A program made the translations under genes and the position numbers. A stretch of DNA of 6,808 nt from a virus, in IMG/VR virus record IMGVR_UViG_3300045988_051146, positions 1 through 6,808 of that record, one strand, 5' to 3'. Positions 1-5,239 of this stretch are shown here, in pieces. How positions within the stretch are numbered: position 1 is the first letter of the stretch; each line of letters begins with the position of its first letter. Under the pieces are notes generated by a model. The model made no database searches and was not told the DNA's origin. It saw only the letters and a program-made list of their open reading frames with translations.

Positions 1-80
1 CGTCCGTCAAAATCCTGCCTTTGTGCAAAACGGAGAAAATGTTGCAAAAACGGGTCAAATAGGCGATATCGTATCTCCAT
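1..80. repeat. Left arm of an 80-bp imperfect inverted repeat (partner 6729..6808)
   Basis: Positions 1..80 equal the reverse complement of 6729..6808 except at 56 (c vs t) and 76 (t vs c). Identity collapses at 81/6728. Positions 1..55 are perfect. The arm contains the sub-repeat TGCAAAA(A)CGG twice and a CGATATCG palindrome. Confidence 0.9.
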
Positions 81-87
81 CACAGAA

Positions 88-192
88 TCACAGAATCTGA
101 GACCAGATAGAATAAATCAGCAGCACCACAAGAGGAAAAACGACACCGAGCAGGAAAAGCACTCCGAGTAGTTTAGCAATTATTTTTAGCAT
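88..192 (-). CDS. 34-aa single-pass hydrophobic peptide (candidate lysis, exclusion or membrane peptide)
   Basis: Hand translation gives MLKIIAKLLGVLFLLGVVFPLVVLLIYSIWSQIL, with stop TGA at 90..88. AAGGAG lies 7 nt upstream of the ATG (192..190). A dedicated promoter sits about 45 nt upstream. The ORF is below the size cut-off of the supplied ORF track. Confidence 0.55.
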   Translation of the reverse strand: MLKIIAKLLGVLFLLGVVFPLVVLLIYSIWSQIL

Positions 193-236
193 TTATATAC
201 TCCTTTTATTTACGATAGTGCATACTTCTATTTATC

Positions 237-265
237 ATTTTAGCTTGTCGGAGTGCATACGTCAA
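237..265 (-). promoter_or_regulatory. Sigma-A/sigma-70-type promoter, TTGACG - 17 nt - TAAAAT, reading toward the 34-aa ORF
   Basis: The minus strand reads aggacTTGACGtatgcactccgacaagcTAAAATgataaa. The -35 is at 265..260, the spacer is 17 nt and the -10 is at 242..237. It is the only near-consensus promoter I can find in the phage module. It lies in the phage module's only sizeable intergenic region. Confidence 0.55.
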
Positions 266-325
266 GTCCTATTTCACTGCTCTAAACTCGCTAGCCGCGC
301 TCACGCTTGGCTGCGCTTGGTGTCA

Positions 326-389
326 CTCAGGCCCATTACATCAAGAGGTGTAATGGGCCTGAGATGCCCCCAAGCCTTTGCTTGGGGGC
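326..389 (-). terminator. Two tandem perfect GC-rich stem-loops just downstream of VP2: putative operon terminator and/or ssDNA complementary-strand origin
   Basis: Hairpin A has 10-bp arms at 366..375 and 380..389 with loop cttt. Hairpin B has 15-bp arms at 326..340 and 349..363 with an 8-nt loop. They begin 8 nt after the VP2 stop. No U-tract follows on the minus strand, so they are not classical intrinsic terminators. Confidence 0.4.
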
Positions 390-397
390 GAAGCTAA

Positions 398-1222
398 TCA
401 GAATTTACCATCATTTTTTAGATGAGTAAATCCACCGGAATTTACTCCGCCAAAAAGCCATCTATACCAATCAGAATTAGTAACGGCTTTTTTGACGTCA
501 CCGGAAGCAGACGAAAGCCAAGAAGAAATGGAATCAAAGAGAGACTTGCCGGAGGAACCAAGACCGGCAGAACCTTCATCACCGGAAACCATTTTCAAAA
601 GCTCACGAGCGAATCCCCAAGGACCGTTGGGATTCGCTATGTTCTGATCCGTTGCGTACTTACTCGCAGCATACGACATATTGGCGCCATACTTAGAAGC
701 ATCGGCGCCGATCTGAGCAACGAGCTTCTCCATAGCAGTGTACTTATCGGCAACTGCTTCCTGTGTACGTGCATTGACGTTTGCAGTTTGCAACTGGGTT
801 TGAGCAGAAAGCACCGATCCAAGCATTTGCACAAGAGCAGCATTAGCAGAGGTATCAACCTCACCTTTAGCACCAGCAGAGGTCACGCCGGAAGCGGTAG
901 CACCGGAGGTAACGGCAGCGCCGTTACCTCCCATAGCACTTAGAACCGGATTCAAACCGGCTGCCTTAAGATCACGAATCTCACGCTGGTGAGCAGTATT
1001 GCTCATGTATTCCTGCCAAGAACGGCTTTTAGCGGCCTCCTGAGCGTTAAATTGCATAACCAAGGCATTTTGACGCTCCTGCCAATCACGTTGCTCAGCG
1101 GCCAACTGTGCGCTCCTGGCGGTGTTTTCTGAAGCAGTCCGAGTGATACGAGAAAGAGCAGAATCCAAATTTCCAACAGCCGGCACACTCTGAACCTGAG
1201 CAGCATCCTTACCAGTAGTCAT
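398..1222 (-). CDS. Microviridae VP2-type minor capsid / DNA pilot protein
   Basis: The ORF encodes 274 aa. The block WQEYMSNTAHQREIRDLKAAGLNPVLSA is the conserved signature of gokushovirus VP2 proteins, and the rest is Gly/Ser/Ala-rich. GAGGTGA lies 4 nt upstream of the ATG. The gene sits directly after VP1. Confidence 0.85.
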   Translation of the reverse strand: MTTGKDAAQVQSVPAVGNLDSALSRITRTASENTARSAQLAAEQRDWQERQNALVMQFNAQEAAKSRSWQEYMSNTAHQREIRDLKAAGLNPVLSAMGGNGAAVTSGATASGVTSAGAKGEVDTSANAALVQMLGSVLSAQTQLQTANVNARTQEAVADKYTAMEKLVAQIGADASKYGANMSYAASKYATDQNIANPNGPWGFARELLKMVSGDEGSAGLGSSGKSLFDSISSWLSSASGDVKKAVTNSDWYRWLFGGVNSGGFTHLKNDGKF

Positions 1223-1233
1223 AAAATCACCTC

Positions 1234-2934
1234 TCAGTGATGGTCAATCAGACCAGGGATAGAGTACATCGGCATAGGACGTGTAGTACGGTTCTTGATA
1301 TAGATATCGGCAAAAAGCTGATTGCTGACGCTGGAAGTAACAGCAAGCACACGATCAACGTTTGTCTTATCCTCACGAATCCAAGAATCAGAGAGCATAG
1401 GCAGCGCGGAATAATCATCTGCAAGATGCCAAACGTCAAGAGACTGCGCGTACTGGGAACGCATCTCACCAGTTACACGAGAAGGCTTATAGCGATAATC
1501 AGCCCACGCTTCCTGATAGCCGAAAACCTGGTCATCAACGACAGCACCGGCAGAATCCTTAACGCCAGGGCCCTGCGCATAAATCTCCTTGTTTTTCACA
1601 GCCTGTTCGCCGATATTGGCGAAAACAGGCCAATAGTAGTCAAAGCGATCCTTACGAGACCAAAAACGTTCAAGACCCTGCTGATAAGTGTGATCATAAC
1701 GAGCGACCATAACGCCGATGACAAAACCATGCTCCGTGAAAGACTTGGTGAAATCGGAATGCGTATCGGTAGTGACAGACATACCAGTCACAGTACCTTG
1801 TGCAGTCTCGCCGGAGGCCGTAGCAGACTGCTGCACAACCTGATTGATATTAATGGGGACACGGTTGCCACCGAGATACTCGGGACGCTGAAGGCGGGCA
1901 TCCGGAGAAGTCACGCCAAAATGAGACTTGAGAATTTCGATATAGCGAGAACCGCCACGGGCATCTTTCTCATAAAGCTTCTGAATCTGGAACGCCATAC
2001 GAAGCTGATTGATCGAAGCACCGAGACCACCGGAAGAAACAGCATAAAGGTTAACAGGATCAAAACCGGGTTTTTCAGCAGAACCACCATAGCCAGTGAG
2101 ACCAGCATAATTGGAACCGGCAACAACAGGTGAAAAAGCCAGAGAATCATAAATATTAACCGGCCGATTACCAGCAGCAGGAAAAGAAACATTCGAAACA
2201 CCAGTCAAAACATATCCACCAGGATCATGAGGTTGCTCACGGGTAACAACAGGATATTCACCGGACGTAGCCGAGGGAATCAAAACATCCGGACCTTTCT
2301 GAGGGGACGGAAGACAACTCGTGAAATAATCATGATACTTGGCAGCCTTATAAGGAAGACCACCTTTCGCAACATCAGTAACAAACGTACCAGTATTGAC
2401 GCCGGCTACAGTAGCATCATCGACGGGAACAACGAGCGGGTCAGATAGATTTTCATCACGAAACCACTCATTCATCACCAGGGCATAAGCTCGGAAGGGA
2501 AGAGCACTAACGGAAAGATTAGGAACGCCAGTAGGGACACCGAAATAATCGGCAATAGTTCCAACAGACCATCCGCTATCAGCAGGAGCAGTAATCTGAG
2601 GAATTTCATACTCTGTCTGAGGAATCCAGGCAGATTCCGTATTCTCGCCGTTGAACTGCTTCCAATGAGACCAAGTAAGGCGGTTCGGTACGAAGAAGAA
2701 ATACGTGTCAAGGTAGATGTTGTCCATGACCGGAGTAAGCAGCGTCTGCAAACGCACAACCTTGGATGTGTCCACGTTGAACGTATCTCCCGGTAGTACT
2801 TCGTCAAGGAAAAAAGGAACAATGTCACCAACATTAAACGAAGTCTTAAGAGAATGCGAGCGGTCAAACGTCGAACGCCGGATATCAATGTTCGTGGGAT
2901 TAAGTGCGAAATGAGATTCAACATTGCGGTTCAT
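1234..2934 (-). CDS. Microviridae major capsid protein VP1 (F-like jelly-roll)
   Basis: The ORF encodes 566 aa. The N-terminal block RRSTFDRSHSLKTSFNVGDIVPFFLDEVLPGDTF is a hallmark of microvirus F/VP1 proteins, and the length is typical of gokushovirus-type VP1. The ATG overlaps the VP3 stop (ATGA). AAGGAGG lies 7 nt upstream. Confidence 0.95.
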   Translation of the reverse strand: MNRNVESHFALNPTNIDIRRSTFDRSHSLKTSFNVGDIVPFFLDEVLPGDTFNVDTSKVVRLQTLLTPVMDNIYLDTYFFFVPNRLTWSHWKQFNGENTESAWIPQTEYEIPQITAPADSGWSVGTIADYFGVPTGVPNLSVSALPFRAYALVMNEWFRDENLSDPLVVPVDDATVAGVNTGTFVTDVAKGGLPYKAAKYHDYFTSCLPSPQKGPDVLIPSATSGEYPVVTREQPHDPGGYVLTGVSNVSFPAAGNRPVNIYDSLAFSPVVAGSNYAGLTGYGGSAEKPGFDPVNLYAVSSGGLGASINQLRMAFQIQKLYEKDARGGSRYIEILKSHFGVTSPDARLQRPEYLGGNRVPININQVVQQSATASGETAQGTVTGMSVTTDTHSDFTKSFTEHGFVIGVMVARYDHTYQQGLERFWSRKDRFDYYWPVFANIGEQAVKNKEIYAQGPGVKDSAGAVVDDQVFGYQEAWADYRYKPSRVTGEMRSQYAQSLDVWHLADDYSALPMLSDSWIREDKTNVDRVLAVTSSVSNQLFADIYIKNRTTRPMPMYSIPGLIDHH

Positions 2935-3434
2935 TCCATAACCTCCTTTTTCGGCTCAACAGCCGGTTTTTCCTCCTGTGCGGGCGGGTCAGACTCTCGC
3001 TCGGGCTTAATTCCGAGCTTGTCGAGGAAATCAGGCTTGTCCATGCCGGCCATGAACTCCGCAAAGTTGTGGTTAAACTTTGCGCGAATATCGACCGGAA
3101 GAGAATTGAAAAAGCTCTGACCTTCATTGACCTTGTTCAAAAGGTCAGCATAGGTTGTAGGCATATTGGTGAAATCACCATAAGCGCCCTGGACACGCGA
3201 AAGCGCGTCAATGTCGCCGTTCTGATATCGAGCGAGAATCACGTGGATATCGACGGACTCGGCGTGCGATTGAATGAAATCGTAAAGGTCTTCTCGGCCA
3301 GACTCAACGAGATCCATAACTCCATTTTCATCAAACTTAGGCTGATAGAGAATCCGTTCGCGCTCACCAAGATTTGAAGGGAAACGAGTTCTCGGACGAT
3401 ACTGAGTAGCGAATCTAAGCTTTTCATCATACAT
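2931..3434 (-). CDS. Microviridae internal scaffolding protein VP3
   Basis: The ORF encodes 167 aa. The pattern YDFIQSHAESVDIHVILARYQNGDIDAL ... YGDFTNMP ... FNSLPVDIRAKFNHNFAEF matches the gokushovirus/Chlamydia-phage VP3 scaffold family. It has an acidic/Pro-rich C-terminal tail. It lies immediately upstream of VP1 and is translationally coupled to it. Confidence 0.8.
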   Translation of the reverse strand: MYDEKLRFATQYRPRTRFPSNLGERERILYQPKFDENGVMDLVESGREDLYDFIQSHAESVDIHVILARYQNGDIDALSRVQGAYGDFTNMPTTYADLLNKVNEGQSFFNSLPVDIRAKFNHNFAEFMAGMDKPDFLDKLGIKPERESDPPAQEEKPAVEPKKEVME

Positions 3435-3436
3435 GA

Positions 3437-3688
3437 TTACACATCCTTTCTCTGGATGGACGTACCATCCAAAATCACCTCGGGGAGCTGGGTGGAGATC
3501 GTGCCAGTCTCGTTATCAAACTCGCCGATCTTACAAAGAGCATAATCCTCAATGTGAGAAAACAGAAGACTCTCCTTCTGCATACAGGCATGAGCGAAAT
3601 TCCGCATAGCGGAAGAATCATTCTGGTCTACCGTAGGCGGGAGAAAGCCCGTACGAGCATCACGAATAGAGAAAACACCGTATTTCAT
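3437..3688 (-). CDS. Conserved small microvirus nonstructural protein (VP5/ORF5-like)
   Basis: The ORF encodes 83 aa. The pattern MKYGVFSIRDARTGFLPPT ... NDSSAMRNF ... EDYALCKIGEFDNETG resembles the roughly 80-90-aa protein widely conserved next to VP3/VP4 in gokushovirus-type genomes. Its stop lies 2 nt before the VP3 ATG. The function assignment is by recollection only. Confidence 0.6.
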   Translation of the reverse strand: MKYGVFSIRDARTGFLPPTVDQNDSSAMRNFAHACMQKESLLFSHIEDYALCKIGEFDNETGTISTQLPEVILDGTSIQRKDV

Positions 3689-3843
3689 TTCCTAAAAACC
3701 CTTTCAATTGAATTCATAAGTTGAAGAACATCGGGAACGCCCGAAAAATCCGAAGGATTGACACGAGAAGCCTCAATCAAAAAAGACTTCATCTCACGCC
3801 AACAGCGCATATAAAACATAGGATCATCATCAGAATATTTCAC
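3685..3843 (-). CDS. Small translationally coupled ORF (52 aa from GTG 3843, or 44 aa from ATG 3819), unknown function
   Basis: Hand translation gives (VKYSDDDP)MFYMRCWREMKSFLIEASRVNPSDFSGVPDVLQLMNSIERVFRK. Its stop overlaps the VP5-like ATG (ATGA). The GTG overlaps the stop of the J-like gene (GTGA) and has AGGAGG 9 nt upstream. It fills an otherwise empty gap in a tightly packed operon. Confidence 0.4.
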   Translation of the reverse strand: MKYSDDDPMFYMRCWREMKSFLIEASRVNPSDFSGVPDVLQLMNSIERVFRK

Positions 3844-3953
3844 AGTCGAATACCTCCTCTAAAAACAGTCGGGTTAATGTTGATCTTCTTGGACTTCGCA
3901 GCAGTACGACGAAAGACCTTCTTGTCTTTCTTGGGACGCATTTTCTTACGCAT
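3840..3953 (-). CDS. Small highly basic DNA-binding/packaging peptide (J / ORF8-like)
   Basis: Hand translation gives MRKKMRPKKDKKVFRRTAAKSKKININPTVFRGGIRL (37 aa). It is Lys/Arg-rich with the C-terminal RGGIRL ending typical of gokushovirus small basic proteins. The ATG overlaps the Rep stop (TAATG). AAAGGAG lies 9 nt upstream. Confidence 0.7.
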   Translation of the reverse strand: MRKKMRPKKDKKVFRRTAAKSKKININPTVFRGGIRL

Positions 3954-4966
3954 TAGATACAACTCCTTTTCAATGATTTTATTCGGGCCAGCTGGTTCCG
4001 TTCTTCAACGGCAAGCTGGTCTAAATAACTAAGTGTGGTTTTCTGTAATTTCGCTTTCTGAGCTTCAGCTGCCATCTTCTGACGAACAGCTTTAAGCCTG
4101 GCAGATTCTTCCGGACAATCGAGATCAAAGAGCTTGTCATAATACTTCGGAGGTCGAAACTTCCTTCCGCCTTTCTCAGTCGAAATGTTAATGAACTCGT
4201 GTTCATATAGGTCGGGATGATCCTCGTAATACTGCCGGGCAATACCGGGCTTGCGAGACATAAGCGAAAACTCAGGAACAATGTTGAAATTCTCGTAGAA
4301 CTCAGCTTCAGGGCCGGTGAGCTTCTTCATGACATAACGAGCAGTATAAGCGCAAGTCTCCCAGGTCACAGGAGCTACAACAGCAAAACCATTCGGCCAA
4401 ACTTCTTGAAGGGACGCAGAATTGAAGTATTGAAAACCTTGAGCAGATCGCTTGTAAGGAACAAGGTCATGGAGTTCCAATCCAAAAATGATTGCATGAT
4501 AATGAGGGCGGAACGTCTGAGAACCATACTCACCAGAAGCAAAGAAGCGAATACCTTCGCCGAACTTCTTCCGGAGACGCTTCATAAAAAGCTGAAAATC
4601 ACGCTTCACGAGGGACATACTCGGCAGGGCCTCGCCGGTCTCCGGATCGGAATAGTAATGAATAGGAACGTGAGCATCATCATAAGTAAGCGTTACGAAG
4701 TAGCTGGACTTATGATATTCAAGCTCCAACATACAACGGTTAGCCCATTCACGGGAACGCTGGAGACGACAGCCGGAACACTTACCACAAGGAATCTCAA
4801 TAAACTCCGTAACGTCACCAGGACGACCAATAGGCGGACTTCGCATACACGCAAAGCCTTCACCAGCGCGCTCGAGATGGTCTACCTCATAGCTCGTTAC
4901 CTTGAGCAACCGTTTACCATCTTTTTCGCCTAAAACAAAGGCTTTCAGCGGATGATAACAGGGCAA
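3953..4966 (-). CDS. Microviridae replication initiator VP4 (HUH rolling-circle endonuclease, gpA-like)
   Basis: This is the frame of track ORF 3953..5200. Motifs are FVTLTYDD (motif 1), RPHYHAIIFG (HUH), YTARYVMKK (two-Tyr motif as in phiX174 gpA) and a CGKCSGC Cys cluster. The first roughly 64-78 codons of the 415-aa ORF are Arg/Pro-rich read-through of GC-rich iteron DNA. I place the start at TTG 4966..4964, with GAAGGTGAT 3 nt upstream, giving MPCYHPLKAF. The alternative is ATG 5008..5006, which has no SD and lies inside a hairpin. Confidence 0.9.
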   Translation of the reverse strand: MPCYHPLKAFVLGEKDGKRLLKVTSYEVDHLERAGEGFACMRSPPIGRPGDVTEFIEIPCGKCSGCRLQRSREWANRCMLELEYHKSSYFVTLTYDDAHVPIHYYSDPETGEALPSMSLVKRDFQLFMKRLRKKFGEGIRFFASGEYGSQTFRPHYHAIIFGLELHDLVPYKRSAQGFQYFNSASLQEVWPNGFAVVAPVTWETCAYTARYVMKKLTGPEAEFYENFNIVPEFSLMSRKPGIARQYYEDHPDLYEHEFINISTEKGGRKFRPPKYYDKLFDLDCPEESARLKAVRQKMAAEAQKAKLQKTTLSYLDQLAVEERNQLARIKSLKRSCI

Positions 4967-4980
4967 GAAATCACCTTCTT

Positions 4981-5007
4981 TGTATGGGGATATCGTACCC
5001 CCATACA
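4981..5007. repeat. 9-bp-stem hairpin containing the third copy of the 19-bp core, at the phage/GC-rich junction
   Basis: The arms are tgtatgggg (4981..4989) and ccccataca (4999..5007), with a 9-nt loop atatcgtac. The minus strand at 5004..4986, ATGGGGGTACGATATCCCC, matches 6729..6747 at 17/19 positions and 80..62 at 16/19. Confidence 0.75.
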
Positions 5008-5041
5008 TTTTGGGAAATTTCAAAAATTTTCGCAGCAATGG

Positions 5042-5160
5042 CAGGCGTTTCGGGGATCGGCGCGAAAAAATGGGTAGACGAAAGGGTAGACGGCGGCCTC
5101 TCCGGAAAACCCGCAAACCCTTGCGCCCCAGGCGTTTCGGCGGGTAGACATCGGGTAGAC
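5042..5160 (+). repeat. Iteron cluster: two pairs of direct GGGTAGAC repeats, each pair preceded by CAGGCGTTTCGG (a fifth copy lies at 5287..5294)
   Basis: GGGTAGAC occurs at 5072..5079, 5084..5091, 5142..5149, 5153..5160 and 5287..5294, all in the same orientation. Spacing within pairs is 12 and 11 bp. The 12-mer CAGGCGTTTCGG occurs at 5042..5053 and 5129..5140. Confidence 0.85.
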
Positions 5161-5212
5161 ATGGACGGTTTTGGGGCAGGCTGCCCGTCAAATGCAACAA
5201 AATCCGACGCTT

Positions 5213-5239
5213 TTAGCACTCTTAGAGCGAGAGTGCTAA
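5213..5239. promoter_or_regulatory. CIRCE element (HrcA operator), perfect consensus
   Basis: The sequence is TTAGCACTC (5213..5221), then 9 nt (ttagagcga), then GAGTGCTAA (5231..5239). This is an exact match to the canonical TTAGCACTC-N9-GAGTGCTAA inverted repeat. It lies 129 nt upstream of the hsp20 ATG. I could not place the cognate promoter confidently; the weak candidate is TTCACA 5253..5258 / CACAAT 5277..5282. Confidence 0.85.

Larger units (their letters stand above)
62..5004 (-). mobile_element. Gokushovirus-like Microviridae genome unit (about 4.92 kb), bounded by direct copies of a 19-bp core; putative integrated or recombined microvirus
   Basis: A complete microvirus gene complement sits on one strand. 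Minus-strand core copies are ATGGAGATACGATATCGCC (80..62) and ATGGGGGTACGATATCCCC (5004..4986), 16/19 identical to each other. The second is 17/19 identical to the plus-strand copy at 6729..6747. A base-composition shift occurs just beyond 5009-5040. Confidence 0.6.

Noticed and set aside
1-179. Coding potential of the repeat arms. The outward frames from the core ATG read M-(E/G)-I-R-Y-R-L-F-(D/N)-P-F-L-Q-H-F-L-R-F-A-Q-R-Q-D-F-D-G. An inward frame is open for about 58 codons at both ends (1..179 plus; 6808..6632 minus).
   Set aside because: The open stretches are short enough to occur by chance. No SD precedes either outward ATG. The inward products (RPSKSCLCAKRRKCCKNG...) look non-protein-like. 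Both arm mismatches are non-synonymous in either frame. This is left unresolved rather than called.
422-4933. Long plus-strand ORFs antisense to phage genes (422..943, 1237..2133, 2227..2448, 2717..2914, 2854..3120, 2904..3377, 3721..4032, 4217..4933) and nested minus-strand ORFs (637..873, 1003..1206, 1248..1469, 1911..2201, 2475..2924, 2918..3127, 3239..3430, 4021..4281)
   Set aside because: They overlap well-supported microvirus genes. Their products are low-complexity or Arg/Ser/Leu-rich with no recognisable motifs or ribosome sites. Microvirus genomes encode all genes on one strand.
4967-5200. N-terminal extension of the Rep ORF (track ORF 3953..5200 starts at 5200; also ATG 5008)
   Set aside because: Residues 1-64 (MLHLTGSLPQNRPCLPDVYPPKRLGRKGLRVFRRGRRLPFRL...) are Arg/Pro-rich translation of the GC-rich iteron DNA, with no ribosome site. 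ATG 5008 lacks an SD, sits in a 9-bp-stem hairpin and lies outside the repeat core. TTG 4966 with GAAGGTGAT upstream gives an MPCYHPL N-terminus.
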